A stretch of 64,000 bases of DNA from Treponema sp. (GTDB lineage: Bacteria > Spirochaetota > Spirochaetia > Treponematales > Treponemataceae), in the NCBI GenBank assembly GCA_016286535.1, contig JAEESZ010000005.1, positions 156,585 to 220,584 of the forward strand, given 5' to 3'. Made by a program: the position numbers and the translations under genes. The notes under the pieces were generated by a model. That model saw only the letters and a list, made by a program, of their open reading frames with translations, had not been told where the DNA came from and made no database searches. Shown piece after piece: positions 1-9,305 of this stretch. The stretch's first letter is position 1; each line of letters begins with the position of its first letter.

Positions 1-340
1 AATACCAGTCGCCGCAAACATAACTTGTATAGGGATTATAGCCGCCAAAAATAGAGTTATCTACTTTTGCGGTCCACACATCACCTTTGAATTTTTTCCA
101 GTCTTTTAAGATTTCTGAGCCGGTAATTACGGCAGCAAGAGGTTTTTCAGATTTATAAATGACAGGTTTATCTTCGCTTCCGCCGGAACGGGGAATTACC
201 TTTTCCCGATAGATTCCCGGCGCAACTATAACCTGGTCTCCGGCCTTTGCAAGACTTGCAGCCTGATTAATACTCTTGAATGGAGAGGCTTGGCTTCCAT
301 TTCCTTCAAACTTCGCATTTACATTAACGTAATAAATCAT
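1..340 (-). CDS. Right-handed parallel beta-helix (pectate-lyase fold, DUF1565-like) protein, N-terminal part; the gene runs off the window start
   Basis: Not in the ORF track because it is truncated. Reverse translation from the ATG (cat at 338-340) gives MIYYVNVNAKFEGNGSQASPFKSINQAASLAKAGDQVIVAPGIYREKVIPRSGGSEDKPVIYKSE... The opening pattern G-S-x-x-x-PF-x-SI-x-x-A...AGD-x-V-x-V-x-PG-x-Y-x-E is typical of beta-helix glycan-active proteins. Confidence 0.5.
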   Translation of the reverse strand, partial: MIYYVNVNAKFEGNGSQASPFKSINQAASLAKAGDQVIVAPGIYREKVIPRSGGSEDKPVIYKSEKPLAAVITGSEILKDWKKFKGDVWTAKVDNSIFGGYNPYTSYVCGDWY

Positions 341-374
341 CGATTTTACCTCCGGTGCAGGAAAATTTCTCTTT

Positions 375-451
375 GCGCGTAGAAATTAACTTCCCGCATT
401 TAAATTCTCCTGTCGCGTAAAATTAACTTCCAGCATTTAAATTTCCCTGTC
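375..451. repeat. Two imperfect tandem direct repeats of about 38 bp (40 and 37 nt)
   Basis: Unit 1 (375-414) is gcgcgtagaaattaacttcccgcatttaaattctcctgtc. Unit 2 (415-451) is gcgtaaaattaacttccagcatttaaatttccctgtc. A partial third start, gcgcataaa, follows at 452. Confidence 0.7.
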
Positions 452-595
452 GCGCATAAATATCTCTTTGTATCTCTCTGCGCGTTAAACGTTTCACAAT
501 AATTATACCCCCTTTCTTTTTTCTTTGTTGGATTTTTATCTACAGGAATTGTAATATTTTTGAAAGCCCTGGGGAGATGTTGATAGTCACGCAGG

Positions 596-690
596 CTGAT
601 TTTGCCCGGGCGGTAGGCCCGGGGGGAGTTGGGAGTGTGGAGTGGTGAGTAAGGCAGGATTCGGGCGGTACGCCCGGGGGGAGTGTGGAT
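596..690. repeat. Two GC-rich hairpin-plus-G-tract repeat units in an AT-rich intergenic region
   Basis: The first unit is cccgggc-ggtag-gcccggg (605-623) followed by gggagttgggagtgtgga. The second is cgggcg-gta-cgcccg (662-676) followed by gggggagtgtgga. A related ccctggggagatgt lies at 567-581. Confidence 0.6.
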
Positions 691-701
691 TAAGGAAATC
701 T

Positions 702-735
702 ATTGTAAACTAAAATATTATAAAAGGTTTACAAT
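702..735. promoter_or_regulatory. BirA (biotin repressor) operator upstream of bioY
   Basis: Perfect 9-bp inverted repeat ATTGTAAAC (702-710), a 16-nt AT-rich spacer, then GTTTACAAT (727-735). It lies 28 nt upstream of the bioY ATG. It matches the known TGTAAAC-N14-16-GTTTACA BirA site consensus. Confidence 0.8.
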
Positions 736-762
736 ATAAATAAAAATTGTTATATTCGTGGC

Positions 763-1371
763 ATGAAAAATAAAAAGATTTTACTTACTTCGTTTATTGC
801 TTTGTTTGCAGCCATCATCTGTATCGGCTGTTTTATGAGAATTCCTTTAGGTCCTGTTCCAATTGTATTGCAGAACGTACTCTGCATCTTAACAGCCTTA
901 CTTTTAGGAAGCTTCTGGGGAGCCCTCCCTACCGCCTTATTTTTGCTCGCAGGCTTAATCGGCCTTCCCGTTTATGCGGGCGCCTCTTCGGGCATTGCAG
1001 TCTGGCTTGGCCCAACCGGCGGTTTTCTTGGCGGATATTTACTCGGCGCCCTTGCTTCCGGTCTCATCTCCGGTCGTCCTTCAATTGAAGAAAAGACCTG
1101 GTCATGGAAAGTTGGAATCAGGGTTTTACTTGGCTTAATCTGCGGAATGGTAATTATGTATATTCCCGGAATCTGGCACTTTGCAAACTGGGCCCAGAAA
1201 TTGCAGAAGGTTCCACAGGATAAAAGTATTTTAAGCTATACTTTAGCAGCATGTGTTATTCCTTATATTCCTGGTGATATAATAAAAATGATTGTAGCAT
1301 ATCCTATTGCTATAAAATTAAGACCTGTACTTGCTCAGTATTTGTATGAGGAAAAGAGTGATAGAAGTTAA
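763..1371 (+). CDS. bioY: Biotin transporter S component BioY
   Basis: A 202-aa multi-TM protein with BioY-like motifs (RIPLGPVPIVLQN, GPTGGFLGGYLLGA). A BirA operator lies upstream and an ECF ATPase and T component lie downstream. Confidence 0.9.
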   Translation: MKNKKILLTSFIALFAAIICIGCFMRIPLGPVPIVLQNVLCILTALLLGSFWGALPTALFLLAGLIGLPVYAGASSGIAVWLGPTGGFLGGYLLGALASGLISGRPSIEEKTWSWKVGIRVLLGLICGMVIMYIPGIWHFANWAQKLQKVPQDKSILSYTLAACVIPYIPGDIIKMIVAYPIAIKLRPVLAQYLYEEKSDRS

Positions 1372-2071
1372 AGGAGTAAATAAAACTTTTAAACTTTTTA
1401 ATGGCAGCATAAAGGCACTTGATAATATTGACCTTAAGGTTAATGAAGGAGAGTGCCTTGTAATCGGCGGAGAAAATGGTTCGGGAAAAAGCCTTTTAAT
1501 GTCGATTATTGCCGGCCTGGAAGAAGCCGACTCCGGCCAGGTAAAAACAGAGGGCAGGGTTGGACTTGTTTTTCAGGAGGCAGAAACCCAGATTTTAGGC
1601 GAAAGCCCAAAAGAAGATATTGCCTTTGGACCAAGAAATCTTGGCCTTAAAAAAGAGCAGCTTGCACAGAGGGTAGAAGATGCCCTGAACAAAGTTTCCC
1701 TGACTTCTAAGGCAGATTTTCCTGCCCGCTTTTTGTCTGGCGGAGAAAAGCGCCGCCTTGCAATTGCCTGTATGCTCAGCATGGATACTCCCATAATTGC
1801 CCTTGATGAACCTTATGCTAATCTTGATTATGGCGGAGTAAAGCAGGTTAATGAACTGATTAAGGAATTAAAAAAAGAAAATAAGACAATCATCATCCTT
1901 ACCCACGAAATAGAAAAGTGCCTTGCTCTTGCCGACCGCTTTGTTGTTTTGTTCAGAGGAAAAAAGGTTTTTGATTCTACCCCTCAGGAAGGACTTAAAC
2001 AGAATCTTGAAGAGTGGAATATAAGAAATCCTCTTGTAACTTATACTTCTGTAAAGGATTTAATCTGGTAA
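1346..2071 (+). CDS. bioM: ECF/ABC transporter ATP-binding protein (BioM-like)
   Basis: Walker A GENGSGKS, signature LSGGEKRR and Walker B IIALDEP. I prefer the ATG at 1346 over the TTG at 1331 given by the track. The gene overlaps the bioY 3' end. Confidence 0.85.
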   Translation: MRKRVIEVKGVNKTFKLFNGSIKALDNIDLKVNEGECLVIGGENGSGKSLLMSIIAGLEEADSGQVKTEGRVGLVFQEAETQILGESPKEDIAFGPRNLGLKKEQLAQRVEDALNKVSLTSKADFPARFLSGGEKRRLAIACMLSMDTPIIALDEPYANLDYGGVKQVNELIKELKKENKTIIILTHEIEKCLALADRFVVLFRGKKVFDSTPQEGLKQNLEEWNIRNPLVTYTSVKDLIW

Positions 2072-2676
2072 TGTTTGAATATAAAAAAGGCAATTCCTTT
2101 TTACACAGGTGTCCTGCCACTTTCAAAATAATTTTTATTCCCCTTATAAATATTGTTTTTCTCTTTCTGCCATATTATTTTATAGCTGCCTTAGTTCTTC
2201 TTCAGTTTATTCTGGCTTTTGCCCTGCATTTTACGGTAAAAGAAATCTATAAAGATTTGCGGCCGGTAATTTATTACGGGTTACTGCTTTTTTTACTGCA
2301 GTTCAATCTGCAGAATGTAAGGGAGACTCTGCTTATTTTGCTTAAGCTTTTGTGCATAATGCAGAGTGCATCTTTAACTTTTAAAACTTCAAGTCCACTG
2401 CAAATAAGGGAAGGGGTTGCTTCCATAGAAAGTTTTTTCTGCAGGCTTATCAGAAAGAAGCCGGCTTATACTTTTACAAATGCCCTGTCCTTATTCATAA
2501 TTTTTATACCAATGCTTTCCCGGGTCTGGGAAGAAGCAAAAAAAGCCTGGCTCATTCGGGGTGGAAAAAAAGGCATAAAAATGTATTCTGCTTTATTGCC
2601 GGTCCTTTTTAGTGTTGGAATGAAAAAGGCCTATAACATGGCCAGGGCTGTTGCCATAAGAAGTATTACACAATAA
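2071..2676 (+). CDS. bioN: ECF transporter transmembrane T component (BioN/CbiQ family)
   Basis: Hydrophobic protein. Its start ATG overlaps the bioM stop (TAATG at 2069-2073). It holds the third position of a bioYMN operon. The track ORF from 2014 is an upstream extension. Confidence 0.75.
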   Translation: MFEYKKGNSFLHRCPATFKIIFIPLINIVFLFLPYYFIAALVLLQFILAFALHFTVKEIYKDLRPVIYYGLLLFLLQFNLQNVRETLLILLKLLCIMQSASLTFKTSSPLQIREGVASIESFFCRLIRKKPAYTFTNALSLFIIFIPMLSRVWEEAKKAWLIRGGKKGIKMYSALLPVLFSVGMKKAYNMARAVAIRSITQ

Positions 2677-2732
2677 GAAGCTTTATATAAAAATGAATAG
2701 TAAATTTTACAATCCTTTGTTAAAATATTTGT

Positions 2733-4211
2733 ATGTCAAATATCTCGAAGAATCAGAAAAAGATTTTTAACATACGTTTTATAAAAATCTTGTTTGCTAT
2801 TGTTTTGTTTGGAGCCCTTGTTGCGGCTGCCTGTCTTGTTAATTACGATTTTGTTTTAAAAATAAGCCTTATAATTTTATCTGCCGCAGCCTTTGTTTTG
2901 TGTATGTTTGAAATCTTCGCAATCATAGAACAGATTATTTATTATGATTCCCTTACAGAAATTCCAAACCGCAATTATGTAGTAAAACAGCTTCAGAAAA
3001 AGCATAGTCAGAATAAGCTTTACCAGTATTCAGTTTTTTTTATAAATCTTAAAGACTGCCGCTTTTACAATCAGATTTATGGTGCAAGTAAAACCGATGA
3101 GATTCTTATAAGTTATGCTCAGATTCTTTTTGAATATGCAGAAAGCAGTCACGGTATTTGTGCCCGAATTGGTGGAGACAACTTTGTTGTTGTAACTCCA
3201 AATTATCAGTCAAAAAAACTTCTGGATTTTATTCAGGGTATTTCCATTGAAATTGAAGTTGAAGGCCAGAAGATAAAAAGAGAACTTCCTTCCAGAGTTG
3301 GAATTACAAACCTTGCAAATTATACCTCTCCTCATAATGTTATTCTTCATTCAACTCTTGCCCTCATTGCTGCAAGACAGAAGGGGGTTGATTATGAATT
3401 CTTTTCTACAGATATGCTGGATAATTACACAAAGGAACGTAATCTTGTAGAAGAAATAAAGCAGGCCCTTAAAAATGATGAATTCATTCCATACTATCAG
3501 CCGCTGGTTAATTCTAAAACACATGTAATGTCCGGGGCAGAAGCTCTGGCCCGCTGGGTAAAGGGGGACACTTTAATTGAGCCGGAAGATTTTATTCCAA
3601 TCATGGAAAGAAACGGACTTATAGAAGAACTGGATCTTAGAATTTTTGCCCGCGTTTGTCAGGATATTTGTGACTGGCAGGATGGTGGACTTTTACCGGT
3701 ATGTGTTTCGACAAACTTTTCTAAGAGGCATTTGACTAATCCGGATTTTGTAAAAAGACTGAAGGATATAAAAAATCATTATGAAGTTCCGGACAAGTTT
3801 CTTGAAATTGAAATTACAGAAGAATCAAATGTAAAAGATCTGGCTATAGCAAGAAAACTTGCAGCCGAGCTAAAAGAAAGCGATATGAAGCTTGCCATAG
3901 ATGGTTTTGATACAGGCTTTGCTTCTCTTTCAATGCTGAATCAGTTCGAAATAGACGAAGTAAAAATAAACAAATCCTTCCTGGATCATTGTTTTGAATA
4001 TAACGATAAGGGAAAGCAGTTTCTTATTGATACAATCAATATCGTAAAAAATCAGGGTGTAAAGATTGTGTTTGAAGGAGTAGAAACTAAAGAACAGTAT
4101 GAATTCCTTGCAAAACATAACTGCGATTTTATTCAGGGCTTCTTCTTTGCACCTCCATTGACCAGCGAAGATTTTGAAACTAAACTGATGAATCCTAAAT
4201 TCAGAACCTAG
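2733..4211 (+). CDS. Membrane-anchored GGDEF(degenerate)-EAL protein, probable c-di-GMP phosphodiesterase or sensor
   Basis: Two N-terminal TM helices. The GGDEF site reads RIGGDNF. EAL-domain motifs are present: EALARW, STNFS, EIEITE, AIDGFDTGFASL, EGVET and QGFFF. Confidence 0.85.
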   Translation: MSNISKNQKKIFNIRFIKILFAIVLFGALVAAACLVNYDFVLKISLIILSAAAFVLCMFEIFAIIEQIIYYDSLTEIPNRNYVVKQLQKKHSQNKLYQYSVFFINLKDCRFYNQIYGASKTDEILISYAQILFEYAESSHGICARIGGDNFVVVTPNYQSKKLLDFIQGISIEIEVEGQKIKRELPSRVGITNLANYTSPHNVILHSTLALIAARQKGVDYEFFSTDMLDNYTKERNLVEEIKQALKNDEFIPYYQPLVNSKTHVMSGAEALARWVKGDTLIEPEDFIPIMERNGLIEELDLRIFARVCQDICDWQDGGLLPVCVSTNFSKRHLTNPDFVKRLKDIKNHYEVPDKFLEIEITEESNVKDLAIARKLAAELKESDMKLAIDGFDTGFASLSMLNQFEIDEVKINKSFLDHCFEYNDKGKQFLIDTINIVKNQGVKIVFEGVETKEQYEFLAKHNCDFIQGFFFAPPLTSEDFETKLMNPKFRT

Positions 4212-4214
4212 AAA

Positions 4215-4955
4215 ATGACAGAAGAAAAAATACAGGAAGATACTCTTTTAAACGGCCATAAAATTCTGCAGAATCCTCAAAGTTTTATGTTTGGAATTGA
4301 TGCAGTTTTGCTTGCCCATTTTGCCTCTTCCTTTATACGAAAAAAAGATTGCGTAATGGATTTATGCTGCGGAAACGGAATTATTCCTCTTTTGCTTGAT
4401 ACTGCTTCAACTGCAAAAAAAATAAGTGGACTTGAAATACAGAGTGCCTCGGTGCAGCTTGCCGCAAAATCTGTAGAATTAAACGGCCTTGGCGATAAAA
4501 TTCAAATTGTAGAAGGCGACCTTAAAAATGTAAAAAAGCTTTTTGAGCAGAAATCCTTTTCGCTTATAACCTGCAATCCCCCTTACATGCCGGCAGACTC
4601 CGGTAAAATAAATCCTGCCGACTCTAAGGCAATTGCTCGTCACGAAATTTTCTGCACGCTGGAAGATGTTATTAAGGCAGCTTCTTACCTTCTGGACGAT
4701 TGTGGTTCAATATGCATGATTCACAGGCCAAACAGACTCTCAGATTTAATTTATCTTTGCAAAAAATATAAGCTGGAACCTAAAACCCTGCGCATGATTC
4801 TTCCTTTTGAAAATAAGAGTCCCACAATGGTTTTACTCGAAGCAAGAAAGAGTGCAAAAGCTGATTTAAAAGTTTTAGAAGGTCTGACGGTTTATAAAAG
4901 TAAGGGCCAGTATTCAGATGAAGTTCAGGAAATTTACAGGTCTTTTATAAAGTAA
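4215..4955 (+). CDS. SAM-dependent methyltransferase, tRNA1(Val) m6A37 (YfiC/TrmN6)-like
   Basis: SAM-binding motif VMDLCCGNG and the NPPY motif (CNPPYM). Size and N-terminal region resemble YfiC-type enzymes. Confidence 0.7.
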   Translation: MTEEKIQEDTLLNGHKILQNPQSFMFGIDAVLLAHFASSFIRKKDCVMDLCCGNGIIPLLLDTASTAKKISGLEIQSASVQLAAKSVELNGLGDKIQIVEGDLKNVKKLFEQKSFSLITCNPPYMPADSGKINPADSKAIARHEIFCTLEDVIKAASYLLDDCGSICMIHRPNRLSDLIYLCKKYKLEPKTLRMILPFENKSPTMVLLEARKSAKADLKVLEGLTVYKSKGQYSDEVQEIYRSFIK

Positions 4956-4956
4956 C

Positions 4957-5625
4957 TTATGCCGAAATGCCTTTTAAGCACAAATCAATCAGTTTGATTG
5001 CTTTGTTCAGGGCAAGATCATCGGAAGGAAGGGCAAAGAGGGAACCTGCAGAACAGTCCGGATTTTGCCTTACAGTTTCTTTTCTTTTTGTAATGTAGCA
5101 GTCCAGCTGCTGTAAAATAACCCCTGCAATAACAGAAGAGTTTTCTTTTATATCTTTGTCTGATTTTATGGAAAGCTTACCGGCTGCAGAAAAAGACGAG
5201 ATAATCTGTTTTACTTCGTCGGTAATACGGTCTGTAAATTTTAAAAAGATATTCATAGCCTGTACGTTAAAATACTTTTCTGAACAGATAAAAGTATACA
5301 TGGCAAAAAGAGGCTCGTTTTCGTAAAGGTTAAAAAGTCTTGTAATAAGTCTTTTAAAAGTTGAATTAAGGGCAGCTTTTCCCGAGGCAATATTTTCCAG
5401 TGTTTTTTCGGTTATAAAGTTGATTTTTTTTATTTCGTCATTGCAGTAAGTCAGCGTAGATTCATACATTGCATCCCTGCTGTCGAAGTGATTGTAAAGT
5501 GAAGCTTTTTTAATTTCCAGGATATCGGCAATATCTGCCAGGGAGGTTGCACCCGCGCTTTTTTCGAAAGCGCAGGTTAAAAATGACTGTATGATTTTTT
5601 CCTGTGAAATATTCTTTTTACTCAT
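4957..5625 (-). CDS. TetR/AcrR family transcriptional regulator
   Basis: The N-terminal HTH (GATSLADIADILEIKKASLYNHFDSRDAMY) is typical of TetR. The gene is divergent from an acyl-CoA synthetase gene. Confidence 0.85.
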   Translation of the reverse strand: MSKKNISQEKIIQSFLTCAFEKSAGATSLADIADILEIKKASLYNHFDSRDAMYESTLTYCNDEIKKINFITEKTLENIASGKAALNSTFKRLITRLFNLYENEPLFAMYTFICSEKYFNVQAMNIFLKFTDRITDEVKQIISSFSAAGKLSIKSDKDIKENSSVIAGVILQQLDCYITKRKETVRQNPDCSAGSLFALPSDDLALNKAIKLIDLCLKGISA

Positions 5626-5639
5626 ACAATAATGTTCGG

Positions 5640-5659
5640 AAACTAACAGTCATTAGTTT
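5640..5659. promoter_or_regulatory. Candidate TetR operator (palindrome)
   Basis: AAACTAA-cagtca-TTAGTTT, with perfect 7-bp arms, 15 nt upstream of the TetR start in the divergent intergenic region. Assigning it to this TetR is inference. Confidence 0.3.
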
Positions 5660-5876
5660 AGAACTTTAAATTTACTTACAGCCTCTGTCAGAATTCCTAC
5701 AGAATTCAGTGCCTGGTCAGAAATTACTTTATTAATTTCCTTCCGCTCTTGCCTACTTTTAAAAATCTTTATATTATGTAATCACTTAACAAAATTTAAA
5801 AAAATGTCATTCATTTATACTTGATGAAAGCATTTTTGTATTTTTGAACTTTACAATAACAGGAATGGAGATTTCT

Positions 5877-7805
5877 ATGGTTTTTGAAAGTAATTATACA
5901 GTAGTAAAAATGATTCAGAATTCAGCAAACGAATTTGCTGAAATTACAGCCCAGCTCAGAAGATTAAAGGGCGGCGAATTTGAACCAATCAATTATAGAA
6001 CTATGTTCCAGTATGGTCTGGATTTTGGAGCAGCTTTATTAAAACTTGGAGTAAAACGTGAACAGCCAATTGGTTTAATATCTGATGACCGTGCAGAATG
6101 GCAGTGGGCAGATATTGGTATTATGGCTATTGGTGCAATTGATGTTCCTCGTGGTTGTGATGCTACACTTTCAGACCTGGAAAAAATTCTTTCCGTTACA
6201 GAAACAGAAATTGTAATTGCAGAAAACAATTCACAGGTAAATAAGATTGTAAGTTTAAAAGAAAAATTACCATGTGTTAAAAAAATCATCTACTTTGAGC
6301 CGGACTTAAAGGACGAAGTTTCTAAGGCTGCAAAAGATGCAGGTGTAGAACTTCTTTTCTTTATGGATATGCTTAAAGAAGGTCAGATCTGGCGTGTTGA
6401 GCATAAGGGCGAAGTAGAAGCTGAAGTTGAAAAAGGAAAAGGTGATGATGTTGCAACAATCATCTTTACTTCCGGAACAACAGGAACTCCAAAGGGAGTA
6501 CAGCTTACACATATGAACTTCCTTGCCCAGCTTGATGAGGTTATTGAAAGAATCTATCTGAACCCTGGCGACAGAGCACTTTGTGTATTGCCAATCTGGC
6601 ACGTATTCATGCGCGAAGTTGAATATGTAATCTTAATTCAGGGTTGTGCAATGTGTTATTCAAAACCTGTTGGTTCAATCCTCCTTGCCGATTTTAAGAA
6701 ACTTAATCCTCAGGTATTGCCAGCTGTTCCACGCGTTTTCGAAGCCGTATACGAAGGTGTTACAAAGAAGATGCGCAAGACAGGCGGTATTGTTCTTAAG
6801 ATGTTCAACTTCTTTGTTGGCGTTGCAAAAGTTCACAAAAGAATGCAGAGAAAAATGTTTGCACAAGATGCCTGCTTTACAAGTACAAAACAGCCTTTGT
6901 GGTGGATTCTCTTCTTTATTCCATGGGTATTATTATGGCCACTTTATTTCTTAGGCGACTTACTTGTATTCAGAAAAATTAAGGCTATGCTTGGAGAAAA
7001 CTTCCGTGCCGGTGTTGCAGGTGGTGGTTCTTTCCCTAAATATATTGATGAATTCTTCTGGGCAATTGGAGTTAATGTAGTAGAAGGTTATGGTATGACA
7101 GAAACAGCACCAATCGTTGCTGTTCGTCCAATTGCGGCTCCTGTATTCAGAACAATTGGTTCAGCTATTCGTGGAGTTCAGGTAAGAATTGTAGACCCTG
7201 TAGACGGTTTTGTTTTAGGAAGATGTAAACAGGGTGTTTTACAGGTAAAGGGTCCAACTGTAATGAAGGGCTATTACAAACGTCCTGACCTTACAGCAAA
7301 AGCAATCAATGAGGAAGGCTGGCTCGATACAGGTGACCTTGCAATTCTTACAATTCATGATGAATTACAGATTCGCGGAAGAATTAAGGATACAATCGTT
7401 CTTAGTGGTGGAGAAAACCTTGAACCACTTCCAATTGAAACAAAACTTTCAGAAAGCCGTTATATTAAGGCAGCCGTTGTTGTTGGACAGGACCAGCGTT
7501 TCTTAGGTGCTTTAATTCTTGTTGATGAAGAAGAAATTAAGAACTATGCAGCCGAAAACGGAATTGCATACGACACTTACGAAAATCTGCTTGCTTCTGA
7601 ACCAATTCAGAAGTTATACGATAACGAAATTGGAAACCTTATTTCTTTCAAGACAGGCTTTAAGATGTTCGAAAGAATTTCCCGCTTCTGCCTGATTACA
7701 AAACCATTTGAAGTTGGTGTAGAACTTTCTGCTAAGCAGGAAATCATGCGCTTTAGAATTAATGAAATCTACAAGAAAGAAATTGAAGCAATGTTCAAGG
7801 ACTAA
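5877..7805 (+). CDS. Long-chain fatty acid--CoA ligase (AMP-forming)
   Basis: AMP-binding motif IIFTSGTTGTPKGV, followed by GYGMTET and TGDL...GRIKD. I prefer the ATG at 5877 (GGAG 6 nt upstream); the ATG at 5865 is also possible. Confidence 0.85.
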   Translation: MVFESNYTVVKMIQNSANEFAEITAQLRRLKGGEFEPINYRTMFQYGLDFGAALLKLGVKREQPIGLISDDRAEWQWADIGIMAIGAIDVPRGCDATLSDLEKILSVTETEIVIAENNSQVNKIVSLKEKLPCVKKIIYFEPDLKDEVSKAAKDAGVELLFFMDMLKEGQIWRVEHKGEVEAEVEKGKGDDVATIIFTSGTTGTPKGVQLTHMNFLAQLDEVIERIYLNPGDRALCVLPIWHVFMREVEYVILIQGCAMCYSKPVGSILLADFKKLNPQVLPAVPRVFEAVYEGVTKKMRKTGGIVLKMFNFFVGVAKVHKRMQRKMFAQDACFTSTKQPLWWILFFIPWVLLWPLYFLGDLLVFRKIKAMLGENFRAGVAGGGSFPKYIDEFFWAIGVNVVEGYGMTETAPIVAVRPIAAPVFRTIGSAIRGVQVRIVDPVDGFVLGRCKQGVLQVKGPTVMKGYYKRPDLTAKAINEEGWLDTGDLAILTIHDELQIRGRIKDTIVLSGGENLEPLPIETKLSESRYIKAAVVVGQDQRFLGALILVDEEEIKNYAAENGIAYDTYENLLASEPIQKLYDNEIGNLISFKTGFKMFERISRFCLITKPFEVGVELSAKQEIMRFRINEIYKKEIEAMFKD

Positions 7806-7815
7806 GGACAAAGCT

Positions 7816-8709
7816 TTAGAGGACTCCTAAAAGGATTCCCAAAATTACAATAAAAGCACAAAATAATTTATAGGCGGTGTTTGATTCCTTAAAAATCAAT
7901 TTACCGCCTATAATTGTTATAAGGCAGCCGCTTTGTTTTATAAGAGTCATAATTGTAACCCTGCTGCCTTCCATTCCGTTTGCAATAAATAAAGCCTTAT
8001 CTGCAATTACAAACATAAGAGCCATAATCCAGATATATTTGTTTTTTAAAACCGAAAGATGAATCTTTTCTCTGGTTATAAGAATATATAATATATAGTA
8101 AGAAATTAAAAAAAGCATATACCAGAATTGCAGCTGTGAACTGGTAATATCTTTCATTAAGATTTTGTCTAAAAAGCCAGAAAGGGAATTGAGCATGCAG
8201 GAAGCCAGGGCTAGAATTACAAAAAAGGTTCTGGTATTATCTTTAGGCAGATTTGTTGTAAGGTAGGCTGGGGTTTCCTGAACTTTAAAAAGCCGGCATA
8301 AAAATTTGGGCTTGAACCTTAAAAGTAAAAGACCTGCACATACAAAAGCCAGTCCAAAAATCTGATTAATTCTAAGACTTTCGTGTAAAAAAACTATGCC
8401 TAAAAAGGTTGCAAATAAAACCCGCGATAAATCCAGAACCCCGTAAAGACTAACGGGTAATCTCTTTAAAGAATGAAAAGAAAAAATCCAGGCAAGAAAA
8501 ATAAAAAAAGATTTAAGGGCAATAAGGAAATAAAACTTTACTTCCATTCCGCCGGCAAATTTTGCCTGTGGGGTTACAAGTAAAAAAGAGATAAAGGTGT
8601 ATACAACAAGCACCTCCATTACGGAGCTTGTCTGCATGGCAAGTTTCTTTGTAATCTCCCTGCAGCCTTTTAAAAGGCCGTAAAGAAGAACTAAAAGCAT
8701 CCAGGCCAT
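7816..8709 (-). CDS. EamA/DMT family transporter
   Basis: A 297-aa protein with about 10 TM helices and a two-fold internal EamA-like organisation. Confidence 0.6.
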   Translation of the reverse strand: MAWMLLVLLYGLLKGCREITKKLAMQTSSVMEVLVVYTFISFLLVTPQAKFAGGMEVKFYFLIALKSFFIFLAWIFSFHSLKRLPVSLYGVLDLSRVLFATFLGIVFLHESLRINQIFGLAFVCAGLLLLRFKPKFLCRLFKVQETPAYLTTNLPKDNTRTFFVILALASCMLNSLSGFLDKILMKDITSSQLQFWYMLFLISYYILYILITREKIHLSVLKNKYIWIMALMFVIADKALFIANGMEGSRVTIMTLIKQSGCLITIIGGKLIFKESNTAYKLFCAFIVILGILLGVL

Positions 8710-9305
8710 TAGAATTCTAATTCCTTCAGGACTTGTCCCTGCAGGTTATGCAAAGAGATTTTGTGGTTTTCCAGGATTGCAAAGCCTGGTTCAGAGCCAC
8801 CTTTTGGAATTGAAGTTGAGCCCGGATTACAAACAACGTAGCCCATAGGATTTTTTTCCAGAACAGGCACGTGGGTGTGACCGTATAAAAAGACTGCCTG
8901 ATTTACAACAGGAAAGGGGATGGCATTTTTAGAGGCGCTTTCGCAGCCGGCAGGAAGTTTGTCATTTGCAAGAAGGGGAGCGTATATGTGGCCGTGGCTT
9001 CCAAAAATCTGCAGTTTGTCTTCTGTAAAATAAAAATAGTCCCGGCTGACGTCAAAATTTAAAACCATCTGGTCAACTTCGGCATCGCAATTACCCCGGC
9101 AGGCAGTTATGGCCTGGGCAAGGGGATTAAGCAGTTCTATTACTTTTTTAGGAGCATAGCCGGCTGGAAGGTCGTTCCTTGGACCATGATAAAGAACATC
9201 TCCTAATAAGAGAATCTTATCGCAATTCAGATTGTAAAAATTTTCTATAACCTTCTGGCAGGCTGAGGCCGAACCGTGAAGGTCTGAACAAATAAAGTAT
9301 TTCAT
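8709..9305 (-). CDS. Metallophosphoesterase, YfcE/MJ0936 family
   Basis: Motifs SDLHGS, LLGDVLYHGPRN, GNCD, GHGH and GHTH. The gene overlaps the sbcC stop (ATGA). Confidence 0.7.
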   Translation of the reverse strand: MKYFICSDLHGSASACQKVIENFYNLNCDKILLLGDVLYHGPRNDLPAGYAPKKVIELLNPLAQAITACRGNCDAEVDQMVLNFDVSRDYFYFTEDKLQIFGSHGHIYAPLLANDKLPAGCESASKNAIPFPVVNQAVFLYGHTHVPVLEKNPMGYVVCNPGSTSIPKGGSEPGFAILENHKISLHNLQGQVLKELEF

